Part shown: piece after piece, positions 28,540-36,912 of the stretch
How the letters are laid out: each line of letters opens with the position of its first letter
Position numbering within the stretch: the first letter of the stretch is position 1
Source: Solirubrobacterales bacterium
GTDB lineage: Bacteria; Actinomycetota; Thermoleophilia; Solirubrobacterales; Solirubrobacteraceae
Assembly: GCA_038251325.1 (NCBI GenBank)
Contig: JBBSBL010000006.1
Span: 6,337 to 70,336 of the forward strand
Reading direction: 5' to 3'
Length of the DNA: 64,000 bases
The notes under the pieces: model-generated
Seen by the model: the letters and a program-made list of their open reading frames with translations, nothing else
Told to the model about the DNA's origin: nothing
The model's database searches: none
Program-made: the position numbers and the translations under genes

Positions 28540-29307
28540 TCAACTCCCCGTCCGCCGCATCCCGCGCACGGCCAGCGCGCCGAGCACGAGCAGGATCCCT
28601 GCCGCGGCCACGAGCGCCGGCCAGGTCACCGCCCACGACTGCGGCCCGACGAAGCCCTGTCGCACGCCCTCGAGCACCTTGGTCACCGGGTTGAGGTCGG
28701 CGATCGTCCGCATCCACGGCTGGAGCAGGACGGCCGGCGCGTAGGCGGTGGTGAAGAGCACGGCGACGAACGCGCCGACCTGCATGAGCGGGGCCGCCTG
28801 CTGGGTGCGGAAGCGCAGCGCGACGAGCGTGCCCCAGCACGCCGCGCTCGCCGCCAGGGCCATCACGAGCACCGCGCAGAGCAGCAGGTGCCCGACCCCG
28901 GGGAACGGCACGCCGAGCGCGAGGCCGACACAGAGCAGGAAGGTCGCGGGCACGAGCGAGCGAAGGGCGGCCGAGGCGACGAGGCCGGAGAGCAGGATCG
29001 GCCGCGGCGCCGGCGCGAGCAGCAGCCGGTCGAACCAGCCCTGCTCGATGTCGCGCGCGAGGTTCACGCCGGTCGCCGCGCCGGTGAAGCCGGCGCCCTG
29101 GAGGAAGCCGACGGGGAGGATGAACGCGAGGTACCCCTCGGTCGAGCCAAACCCGCGCAGGTCGGTCACCTTCGAGAAGACCGCGGTGAGCCCGAGCATG
29201 AAGATCGTCGGCGCCAGCACGCCCGGGATCGCCGCGCCGGGCACCCGAACGATCTCGTTGACCGCGCGGCGCACGAGCGCGGCGACGACGCGGGCCCGCT
29301 CCCTCAT
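28540..29307 (-). CDS. ABC-2 type transporter permease (second of two)
   Basis: 255 aa with about six hydrophobic helices, DrrB/ABC-2-like. The ATG overlaps the upstream stop (ATGA). Confidence 0.8.
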   Translation of the reverse strand: MRERARVVAALVRRAVNEIVRVPGAAIPGVLAPTIFMLGLTAVFSKVTDLRGFGSTEGYLAFILPVGFLQGAGFTGAATGVNLARDIEQGWFDRLLLAPAPRPILLSGLVASAALRSLVPATFLLCVGLALGVPFPGVGHLLLCAVLVMALAASAACWGTLVALRFRTQQAAPLMQVGAFVAVLFTTAYAPAVLLQPWMRTIADLNPVTKVLEGVRQGFVGPQSWAVTWPALVAAAGILLVLGALAVRGMRRTGS

Positions 29308-30071
29308 GCGTCGCGCAGTTTCCCGAGCAGCGTCCACACGCTGAGCGATCCGAACACCAGCGCGACGCCGACCGCCGCGGCGAGCCCCTCGAGCACGGGC
29401 TTCAGCTGGATCTCCGAGACGATCGGGTTGCGCAGCCCGTTGGCGATGTAGGAGAGCGGGTTGTAGCGGGCGATCTCGCTCGCCGGCGAGGTCATGAGGT
29501 CCTGCGGGAAGAAGGCCGAGGAGAGGAAGAGCACGACGAAGACGAGCGGGAAGACGCCCTGCACGACCGACGCGTTGCCCGCCCGCACGGCGAGCGTCAC
29601 CCCGATCGCCGCAAAGCCCGTCCCGGCGATCGATCCGATGAGGAACACGACGAGCACCCCGGGGATCCCGCCCTCGATCGTCACGCCGAAGATCAGCCCG
29701 AGCACGAGGAACCACGTGACCTGCAGGCACGCGAGCCCGGCCGCGGACAGGAGGCGGCCGAGGACGATCGCCGAGCGCGGCACCGGCGCGGCGACGAGCC
29801 GGTCGAAGAAGCCGAGCTCCATCTCCAGCGCGGTGGCGATCCCGGCGGAGACCCCGCCCAGCAGCAGCGACTGGGTGATCGCCGCCGGGATCTGGAAGGC
29901 GAAGAAGCTCTGCACCGGCGGGAAGCCAGGCAGGCTCGTCGCCTGGCTGAGGCCGCCGGTGTTGACCGCCAGCAGCAGGGTGGGGAAGACGACGAGCGGC
30001 GCGAGGAACTGCGGGCGGCGCAGCGCGATGCGCAGGCCCCGGCCGGCCAGCGCGAGGACGACCCGGATCAC
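29304..30071 (-). CDS. ABC-2 type transporter permease (first of two)
   Basis: 255 aa, a paralogue-like partner of the downstream permease. GTG at 30071 overlaps the ATPase stop (GTGA). Confidence 0.8.
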   Translation of the reverse strand: MIRVVLALAGRGLRIALRRPQFLAPLVVFPTLLLAVNTGGLSQATSLPGFPPVQSFFAFQIPAAITQSLLLGGVSAGIATALEMELGFFDRLVAAPVPRSAIVLGRLLSAAGLACLQVTWFLVLGLIFGVTIEGGIPGVLVVFLIGSIAGTGFAAIGVTLAVRAGNASVVQGVFPLVFVVLFLSSAFFPQDLMTSPASEIARYNPLSYIANGLRNPIVSEIQLKPVLEGLAAAVGVALVFGSLSVWTLLGKLRDA

Positions 30072-31060
30072 GCGGGCTCGGGCTCGGGCTCGGCCGTCGG
30101 CTCCGCCGGCGGGCCCTCGGCCGCGCCCTCGAGCCGCCGGCCGGTCTTCTCCACGAACACGTCGTCGAGCGTGGGGCGCACGAGCTCGAGCGAGGCGACG
30201 CCGTGTCCGGCCTCGTCGAGCGCGCGGACGACCGGAGCCACGCCGCTCGCGCCGCTGGCGATGCGCACCGCGAGGTCGTTGCCCTCCGCGCACGGCATCA
30301 GCTCGCCGAAGCGGCCCAGCACGGCGCCGGCGGCCTCGGCGTCGTCGCCGTCGGCCAGGGTGATCTCCAGGTGGGGGCTCCCGACCTCCGCCTTCAGCGC
30401 CCCGGGCGTCCCCTCCGCGACGATCCGCCCGCCGACGATGATCCCGACCCGGTCGGCGAGCTGGTCGGCCTCTTCGAGGTACTGGGTGGTGAGGAAGACG
30501 GTCGTCCCCTCGGCCTTGAGCCGCGCGACCTCCTCCCACAGCGTGAAGCGGGAGACCGGGTCCAGGCCCGTGGTCGGCTCGTCGAGGAAGAGGACCTCGG
30601 GGCCATGGACGAGGGCCATCGCCAGATCGAGCCGCCGCCGCATCCCGCCGGAGTAGGTGCCGACGCGCCGCTCGGCGGCGTCGGCCAGGCCGACCCGCTC
30701 GACCAGCGCCATCCCGCGGCTCTCCGCGTCCGCGGAGGCCAACCCGTGCAGCTTGCCCTGGAGCACGATCAGCTCGTGCCCGGTCATCAGCGGGTCCAGC
30801 GCGGCGTCCTGCAGGGCGACGCCGATCCGCCGCCGCACCGCCGCCGGCTCCCGCGCGACGTCGTGGCCCGCCACGTGGGCCACCCCGCCGGTCGGCCGCA
30901 GCAGCGTGACGAGCATCCGCACGGTCGTGGTCTTGCCCGCCCCGTTGGGGCCGAGGAAGCCGTAGCACTCGCCCTCGGCGACCTCGAGATCGATGCCGTC
31001 GACGGCCTTCAGGCCGCCCTTGAACTGCCGCTCGAGCCCTCGCGCGTCGATCGCCGCCAT
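30068..31060 (-). CDS. ABC transporter ATP-binding protein (DrrA/ABC-2 exporter type)
   Basis: Walker A GPNGAGKTTT, signature YSGGMRRRL, Walker B VLFLDEPTTGLD. ATG at 31060 (MAAIDARGLERQF) is preferred over the upstream extension. Confidence 0.9.
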   Translation of the reverse strand: MAAIDARGLERQFKGGLKAVDGIDLEVAEGECYGFLGPNGAGKTTTVRMLVTLLRPTGGVAHVAGHDVAREPAAVRRRIGVALQDAALDPLMTGHELIVLQGKLHGLASADAESRGMALVERVGLADAAERRVGTYSGGMRRRLDLAMALVHGPEVLFLDEPTTGLDPVSRFTLWEEVARLKAEGTTVFLTTQYLEEADQLADRVGIIVGGRIVAEGTPGALKAEVGSPHLEITLADGDDAEAAGAVLGRFGELMPCAEGNDLAVRIASGASGVAPVVRALDEAGHGVASLELVRPTLDDVFVEKTGRRLEGAAEGPPAEPTAEPEPEPA

Positions 31061-31128
31061 CGTGCCGAACGCAACATATCGTGCGGCAACCGGCGCCTCC
31101 GGCCGCCCTCTGCGGTTCAATGTCGCCC

Positions 31129-31815
31129 ATGAAGCGAACCGGAATCGCCCTCCTCGCCGTGCCCGCACTCGCCCTGACCGCCGCCGCGCCCGCCTCGGCG
31201 CGGGTCATCGACCTGGGTCAGGACCCGGCCGTGCCGGTCCCGAGCTGCATCAACACCTCGTCGGACACCAACTGCCGCGCGATCACCAAGACGACCGCGT
31301 ATCCGGTCCGCACTGGCCAGACCAAGGCGCCGATGACGGTGCCTGCCGACGGCCGCATCGTCGCCCTCACGCTCCGCGTCGGAAAGCCGACCCGCAAGCA
31401 GAACTTGTTCTTCAAGCAGACCTACGGCGGAACCGCGCGGATCCGGCTGACCACGGTGCGCTTCGGCAAGAGGCTGGCGGCGAGGGTCACCCACCAGAGC
31501 TCGGAGATCCGCCTCGAGCCCTACTTCGGCAAGACGGTCCAGATCCCGCTCGGCAAGACGCTCGCCGTGAAGAAGGGCGACGGAGTCGGCATCACGACCG
31601 ACACCTTCGCCCCGGTGCTCACGGTCAACGCCGGCATGGACAACACGTGGCGGACGAGTCGCGCCCGTGGCTCGTGCGAGCTCTTCAACGTCGAGACCGC
31701 GCTGCTGGGCGTCGGGACGAGCGGGGCGTTCAGCTGCTTCTACACCAACGAGCGTCCCACCTATTCCGCGACGCTCGTCACGTTGCCCACGCCGCCTCCG
31801 GTCACGAAGCCGTAG
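31129..31815 (+). CDS. Secreted hypothetical protein
   Basis: Signal peptide MKRTGIALLAVPALALTAAAPASA/RV, four Cys residues and a beta-rich composition. I recognise no family motif. An alternative ATG lies at 31120. Confidence 0.6.
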   Translation: MKRTGIALLAVPALALTAAAPASARVIDLGQDPAVPVPSCINTSSDTNCRAITKTTAYPVRTGQTKAPMTVPADGRIVALTLRVGKPTRKQNLFFKQTYGGTARIRLTTVRFGKRLAARVTHQSSEIRLEPYFGKTVQIPLGKTLAVKKGDGVGITTDTFAPVLTVNAGMDNTWRTSRARGSCELFNVETALLGVGTSGAFSCFYTNERPTYSATLVTLPTPPPVTKP

Positions 31816-31854
31816 CCGGGAAGCGGCGCTGAGCCGGCTGGTACCTCGGCGCGG

Positions 31855-32280
31855 CTAACCGGTCGGCGCGGCCCCGCCGCCGGAGCTTCCGCCGCCGCCG
31901 CCGGTCCCGCCGCCGGTCCCGGCTCCACCGCCCCCGCCGCCGCCGGTTCCGCCGCCGCCCGTGCCGCCGCCGCCGGTGCCGGGGGCGCCGCCGCCGCCGG
32001 TGTTCGGCGCCGCGCCGCCGCCGGAGTCGGTGCTCCCGCCCGAGCCGGAGCCGCCCCCGGTCCCGCCGCCGGAACCGGTGGTCGAGGGCGTCGTGGTCGT
32101 GGTGCTCGGGGTCGTGGCCGGCGCCGCGGTCGTGTCGGAGGGCACGGTGAGGTCGGGCGTCGTCACGTTTCCAGATGACGAGCCGCCGCCGCCGCACGAG
32201 CCGAGCAGCAGGGCGAGCACGAGCACCCCGGCGAGGGCCGCGAGCGCGAGGAGGGTGGTCCGGCGAGTGGTGGGGGACAC
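31855..32280 (-). CDS. Putative lipoprotein, entirely Gly/Thr/Ser/Pro-rich (predicted disordered)
   Basis: GTG at 32280, a signal peptide and the lipobox LLLGS/C. GC3 is consistent with the minus-strand frame. The mature part has no recognisable fold. Confidence 0.55.
   Translation of the reverse strand: MSPTTRRTTLLALAALAGVLVLALLLGSCGGGGSSSGNVTTPDLTVPSDTTAAPATTPSTTTTTPSTTGSGGGTGGGSGSGGSTDSGGGAAPNTGGGGAPGTGGGGTGGGGTGGGGGGGAGTGGGTGGGGGSSGGGAAPTG
31858..32080. repeat. Low-complexity GGN/GCC-rich tract (codes for the Gly-rich tail of the lipoprotein)
   Basis: Runs of gccgcc/ggtgcc/ggtccc triplets. On the minus strand these translate to GGGTGGGGTGGGGGGGAGTGGG... There is no spacer/repeat periodicity. 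Confidence 0.7.
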
Positions 32281-32291
32281 GCCGTGGAGTA

Positions 32292-32561
32292 TCAGGCGTC
32301 GAGCGGCGCCATGCGACGGCGGCAGTGCGGGCAGTCGTTGAGGTCCTTCTGGGCGAGCTGCTCGCACCAGTTGCAGAACCGCAGGTTCTCCACCGCCCAC
32401 GGGAGCTTCGAGGACGATGGGGCGAGGGGGAGGAGCTCCCCGACGACCTCCATCTCCTCGCCGCTCTCCCGGTCGACGTAGACCTGCTCGGCCTCGGCCT
32501 CGAGCACGATCTCCCGGCCGTTGGACGGGTCGCGGAGCCGGTAGCGCTGGCCGTCGGTCAC
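32292..32561 (-). CDS. Small hypothetical protein with a C-terminal CxxC..CxxC (zinc-ribbon-like) motif
   Basis: 89-aa acidic protein ending ..FCNWCEQLAQKDLNDCPHCRRRM... It lies 11 nt upstream of the lipoprotein gene. Confidence 0.5.
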   Translation of the reverse strand: MTDGQRYRLRDPSNGREIVLEAEAEQVYVDRESGEEMEVVGELLPLAPSSSKLPWAVENLRFCNWCEQLAQKDLNDCPHCRRRMAPLDA

Positions 32562-32620
32562 GGCGGCGGATCCTACCAGCGGCCCGGGCGCCCGATCCCG
32601 CCGGTAGCGTGGCGCCGAGC

Positions 32621-34195
32621 GTGCGGATCCTCATCTTCCACGGCTACCTGCTCCGCGGCACGGGGTCCAACGTCTACAACGCGAATCTCGCCCGGGCGCT
32701 GGTGGGCCTCGGGCACGAGGTCCACCTCTTCTGCCAGGACCGCGCCGCCGCGGAGCTCGAGTTCGTCGACGCGACCGGCGACTGGGACGCGGGCACGCTC
32801 CGCCTCGCCGTCGCGCGCGAGCCGGCGCGCTGCACGACCTACCGCCCGAATCTCGGCGGCCTGCTCCCCGTCTACGTCGCCGACCGCTACGAGGGCATCG
32901 AGGCCCGGCCGTTCACGACGCTCGACGACGGCGAGCTCGACCGCTACCTCGCCGCGAACGTCGCCGCGGTCGCCGAGGTCGCGACCCGCGTGCGGCCCGA
33001 CGTCGCGCTGGCCAACCACATGGCCATGGGCCCGGCGATCCTCGCCCGCGCCCTGGGCCCCGAGACGCCCTACGCGGTGAAGATCCACGGCAGCGCGATG
33101 GAGTACACCGTCGCGCCGGAGCCCGAGCGCTTCCGGCCCTACGCCCGCGAGGGCCTGGCACCGGCGCGGACGGTGCTCGTCGGCTCGCGCCACATCGCCG
33201 AGCGGCTGTGGGCGACGATGGAGGATCCCGAGCTCCCGGCGCGCACGCGGCTCGGGCCGCCGGGCGTCGACGTCGAGCGCTTCGGCCCGCGCGAGGCGCC
33301 CGCCGCCCGGGCCGGCGTCACCGCCCTCGCCGCGCGGCTGGCGGCCACGCGCGAGGCGCACCCGCCCGACTCGGCCTTCGCCCGCGACCTGCCGGCGATC
33401 GCCGCCGCGCTGGGCGAGGTCGCGGCGGGGGAGGGACCGGTGGTCGCCTACGTCGGCAAGCTCATCGTCGCCAAGGGCGTCGACCTGCTCGCCGCCGCAT
33501 GGCCGCTCGTCCTCGCCGCGGTGCCGGACGCCCGCCTCGTCGTCGTCGGCTTCGGCGCCTATCGCGAGGGGTTCGAGGACCTGCTCGCCGCGCTCGCCGC
33601 CGGCGACCTCGACGCCGTACGCGCCATGGCGCTGGACGGCCGCGCCGCCGAGGGCGGCCCGCGCGCCCCGCTGACCCACCTGCTCGCCTTCCTCGACGGC
33701 CTGGAAGGTGACCGCCGCGGCCGCTACCTCGCCGCGGCGGCGACGCTTCCCGATCACGCCACCGTCGTCGGCCGCCTCGAGCACGACGAGCTCGCGGATC
33801 TGCTCCCGGCCTGCGCCGCGCAGGTCGTGCCGAGCACCTTCCCCGAGGCGTTCGGGATGGTCGCCGCCGAGGCGGCCGCGTGCGGCGTGCTCCCGACCGT
33901 CGCCGACCACTCGGGCCTGGCCGAGGTCGCCGCCGCCCTGGCCGCCGAGCTCCCGCCACCGGCCCGGCCCTGGCTCACGGTCCCGCTCGGTCCCGGGGTC
34001 GTCCCGGACCTCGCGGAGCGACTCGTGGCCTGGCTCGCCGCGCCCGATGAGCTGCGTGCGCGGACCCGTGCCGCGCTCGTCGCCACCGCCCGCGCCCGCT
34101 TCTCCTGGGAGGGCGTCGCGCGCGGCGTCGTGGCGGCCGCGAACGGCGAGCTCGACGGCCTCCCGAAACCCGGCCCGCCGCCCTCCGCCAAGTGA
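32621..34195 (+). CDS. Glycosyltransferase, GT-B fold (family 4-like), long form
   Basis: GTG at 32621 gives VRILIFHGYLLRGTGSNVYNANLARALVGLGHEVHLFC. Later VPSTFPEAFGMVAAEAAACGVLPTV (EX7E). The upstream part of the ORF was rejected. Confidence 0.8.
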   Translation: MRILIFHGYLLRGTGSNVYNANLARALVGLGHEVHLFCQDRAAAELEFVDATGDWDAGTLRLAVAREPARCTTYRPNLGGLLPVYVADRYEGIEARPFTTLDDGELDRYLAANVAAVAEVATRVRPDVALANHMAMGPAILARALGPETPYAVKIHGSAMEYTVAPEPERFRPYAREGLAPARTVLVGSRHIAERLWATMEDPELPARTRLGPPGVDVERFGPREAPAARAGVTALAARLAATREAHPPDSAFARDLPAIAAALGEVAAGEGPVVAYVGKLIVAKGVDLLAAAWPLVLAAVPDARLVVVGFGAYREGFEDLLAALAAGDLDAVRAMALDGRAAEGGPRAPLTHLLAFLDGLEGDRRGRYLAAAATLPDHATVVGRLEHDELADLLPACAAQVVPSTFPEAFGMVAAEAAACGVLPTVADHSGLAEVAAALAAELPPPARPWLTVPLGPGVVPDLAERLVAWLAAPDELRARTRAALVATARARFSWEGVARGVVAAANGELDGLPKPGPPPSAK

Positions 34196-34247
34196 TCCCG
34201 CCGGGCGCGCACGCGGTCCACCCGCCCCGCTAGAGTGCCGCGCGACG

Positions 34248-34976
34248 ATGGCCCGGACGAGCAGGAGCACCGCCGCCGCAGGCGCCGCGCTCGCGGCGGC
34301 CCTCGTCCTCGCCGCGCTGGCCTCGGGCTGCGGCGACGTGAAGGACAGCGAGCCGAACCTCGTCCGCGGCAAGCAGCTCTTCACGACGAAGTGCGGCTCC
34401 TGCCACGTGCTCGATCGGGCCGGCACGAAGGGGGCCGTCGGACCCAACCTCGACGCCGCGTTCCGCCAGTCGCTCTCCGACGGCCTGGAGCGCTCGACCG
34501 TCGAGGGCGTCCTTCACAAGCAGATCCTCTATCCCGACCGCGACGGGGTGATGCCCGCAAAGCTCGTCGACGGCCAGGACGCGAAGGACGTCGCCGCCTA
34601 CGTGGCCTACGCGGTCGACCGCGGGGGGAAGGACACCGGGATCCTGGCCAACGCGGTCGCCGGGGTCCAGAAGAAGACCGCGGTCGCCAGCGGCGGCAAG
34701 CTCGAGATCCCGACCGACCCCAACGGCCAGCTCGCCTACCTCGTCTCGGCGGCCACCGCCCCCGCCGGGCAGCTGACCATCAACTCCAAGAACGCCTCGA
34801 GCACCCCGCACAACATCGCCATCTCCGGCCCGGGCGCCAACGCCGCCGGCAAGGTCATCGCCAACGGCGCCACCTCCACGGTCAGCGTGACGGTCAAGCC
34901 CGGCGCCTACCAGTTCTTCTGCACGGTCCCCGGCCACCGCCAGGCCGGGATGCAGGGCACGATCACGGTGAAGTAG
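34248..34976 (+). CDS. Lipoprotein fusing a mono-heme cytochrome c domain to a type-1 copper cupredoxin domain
   Basis: Lipobox LAALASG/C. Heme motif CGSCH with a distal GVMPAK. The C-terminal cupredoxin has HNIAI .. FFCTVPGHRQAGMQG (His, Cys, His and Met ligands). Confidence 0.8.
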   Translation: MARTSRSTAAAGAALAAALVLAALASGCGDVKDSEPNLVRGKQLFTTKCGSCHVLDRAGTKGAVGPNLDAAFRQSLSDGLERSTVEGVLHKQILYPDRDGVMPAKLVDGQDAKDVAAYVAYAVDRGGKDTGILANAVAGVQKKTAVASGGKLEIPTDPNGQLAYLVSAATAPAGQLTINSKNASSTPHNIAISGPGANAAGKVIANGATSTVSVTVKPGAYQFFCTVPGHRQAGMQGTITVK

Positions 34977-35140
34977 GCCGCAGAGCCGAGCCGCAACGGG
35001 CGGTCTGCCAACACCGCCGACCGACACCAGCCCCGCCAGGACTGCGCCGCAGGGCCGAAGGCCCCCGCGGCGGAACCCTCGCCCCGGCCCACGCCCCGAC
35101 CAACCCGGCAAGCCCGCCAACCCGCGAGGCGGAGACCGGC

Positions 35141-35176
35141 GCGGCCGGTCGCCTCGGAACAAGGGCGACCGGCCGC
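35141..35176. terminator. Perfect 13-bp stem hairpin between the convergent cupredoxin gene and ctaG
   Basis: GCGGCCGGTCGCC (35141-35153), a 10-nt loop, then GGCGACCGGCCGC (35164-35176). No U-tract. Confidence 0.4.
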
Positions 35177-35257
35177 GGCGGGCTGCCGCCAACGCGGCGA
35201 GCCCGGCACGACGCCGAAGCAGCCCGCCGCGGCCGCCCGCGGAGCCCGACGCGGCGC

Positions 35258-36088
35258 CTACGCCCCCGCCGACACCGCGGGGGGAGAGACATCGTGCGGA
35301 CGCCCCGCATCCTCGTCCGCGGCCGCCGACGCCTTCCAGAACAGGAACGCGAACGCCCCCATGATGATGAGCACGTCGACGCTCATCATCAGGCCGGCCC
35401 CGATCTGCTGGTCGGCGAGCGGCGCGAGCCCGTACTTCCGCGGTCGCTCGCCGTAATAGCCGGCGTAGATCGGCGTGCGGGTCATGACGATCGCCATGCC
35501 CATCATGAGGTTCGCCATCCGCGCCGCGAAGACGTAGCCGATCTTCCACAGGTCCGCGGGCAGGCGCATGTGCTGGGGCTCGAGCACGACCCACCAGAGG
35601 AGCAGGTTGACCGCGAGGAACGACTCGTGCTGGAGCACGTGGACGGCCGGGTCGCGCGCCGCGGCCTCGAAGCTCGGCGCGAGATGCCAGCCGTAGAGCA
35701 CGAGCACGTAGAGGATGAAGGCGGGGATCGGCCGCCGGATGCGGCGGAACGCGGCCCGCAGGCCGTGACGGCGGGCGAGGAAGACGAGCACCGGCCGGGG
35801 GAGGTAGAAGAGCAGGACCGGCGAGCGCAGCCCGGCCACGAGGAAGGGCGCCGCGAGGTCGCCGATCAGCAGGTGCTCGGCCATGTGGAGGGACAGCAGG
35901 TCCTCTGCGTAGGCGGCGACCGGCGAGGTGAAGCCGATCAGCAGCAGCGACCAGCCGAGCCACCAGCACGCCTGCCGCCCGCCGGGGACCCGGTACCCGC
36001 GCCGGGCAAGGATCCGCACCGCGCGCACGTACAGACCGGCGCCGAGGGCGAGCAGCACGAGCACGATCGGGTCCAGGGCGAGCCGCAT
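35258..36088 (-). CDS. ctaG: Cytochrome c oxidase assembly factor CtaG (Bacillus/caa3 type, polytopic membrane protein)
   Basis: 276 aa and multi-TM. LHMAEHLLIGDLAAPFLV and a later MANLMMGMAIV resemble Caa3_CtaG. It sits at the end of the oxidase operon. Confidence 0.75.
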   Translation of the reverse strand: MRLALDPIVLVLLALGAGLYVRAVRILARRGYRVPGGRQACWWLGWSLLLIGFTSPVAAYAEDLLSLHMAEHLLIGDLAAPFLVAGLRSPVLLFYLPRPVLVFLARRHGLRAAFRRIRRPIPAFILYVLVLYGWHLAPSFEAAARDPAVHVLQHESFLAVNLLLWWVVLEPQHMRLPADLWKIGYVFAARMANLMMGMAIVMTRTPIYAGYYGERPRKYGLAPLADQQIGAGLMMSVDVLIIMGAFAFLFWKASAAADEDAGRPHDVSPPAVSAGA

Positions 36089-36110
36089 CGGCCCTCAATG
36101 GTGACGGGTC

Positions 36111-36221
36111 TCAGAAGGCCGCGCGCGCCACCAGCACGACGGCCACCACAGCGAAGGCCACCACCACGACGTAGATGAGGAGGCGGAAGGCCTCCGCTTC
36201 GGAGCGCAGCGGGTTCAGCAC
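36111..36221 (-). CDS. Possible 36-aa single-TM micro-protein downstream of ctaE
   Basis: GTG at 36221 gives VLNPLRSEAEAFRLLIYVVVVAFAVVAVVLVARAAF. The position matches that of a small oxidase subunit. Support is ORF-only. Confidence 0.3.
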   Translation of the reverse strand: MLNPLRSEAEAFRLLIYVVVVAFAVVAVVLVARAAF

Positions 36222-36268
36222 CGCGTCCGCCGCGCTGGGGCGCGCGAGGCCGCCGCGGCGCCCGCCAT

Positions 36269-36880
36269 CTACAGGAGGTAGACGGTCGTGAAGACGATGA
36301 CCCACATCACGTCGACGAAGTGCCAGTAGATGCCCGGCACCTCGACGCCCAGGTGCTGCTCCGGCGTGAAGTGGCCGCGGAAGGCCCGCAGCGTCGCGAA
36401 GAGCAGCAGCGTGAGCCCGATGAAGACGTGGGCGCCGTGCAGGCCGGTCAGCCCGTAGAAGACCGACGCCTGGGCGCTCGTGGCCGGCGCGACGCCGAGA
36501 TGGACGTACTCGTTGATCTGGACGGTGAGGAACGTCGCGCCGAGCAGGAAGGTGGTGAGCAGGCCGGCCTTGAGCGCCCAGCGGTTGCCCTGCTTGGCCG
36601 CTGTCAGCGCCCAGTGCATGGTCAGCGAGGAGGAGAGCAGCACGGCGGTGTTGAAGCCGGCGATGAGCTTGGGGAGCTCGGTGCCCGCGGCCGGCCACGG
36701 GTTGTCGTTCACGATCCGGATGAAGAAGTAGGCCGTGAAGAACGCTCCGAAGAGCATGATCTCGCTGATGATGAAGAGCAGCATCCCGAGGACCTGCGGG
36801 TCCACGCGCGAGGAGCGGTTCGCCGGCGGTGGACCGTGGTGGTCGTGCGCGTCGGCGTGGGTGATCGAGGCGGCTTCCAT
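36269..36880 (-). CDS. ctaE: Cytochrome c oxidase subunit III
   Basis: LGMLLFIISEIMLFGAFFTAYF, FYGLTGLHGAHVFIG and YWHFVDVMWV. Confidence 0.9.
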   Translation of the reverse strand: MEAASITHADAHDHHGPPPANRSSRVDPQVLGMLLFIISEIMLFGAFFTAYFFIRIVNDNPWPAAGTELPKLIAGFNTAVLLSSSLTMHWALTAAKQGNRWALKAGLLTTFLLGATFLTVQINEYVHLGVAPATSAQASVFYGLTGLHGAHVFIGLTLLLFATLRAFRGHFTPEQHLGVEVPGIYWHFVDVMWVIVFTTVYLL

Positions 36881-36912
36881 CGGGCTCCTGGGTCAGCGGC
36901 TCACGGGTCGTC

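Noticed and set aside
31858-32080. Highly repetitive GCC/GGN DNA, considered as a possible CRISPR array or tandem repeat.
   Set aside because: There is no regular repeat-spacer periodicity. The repetition is at the codon level and encodes the Gly-rich tail of a lipoprotein.
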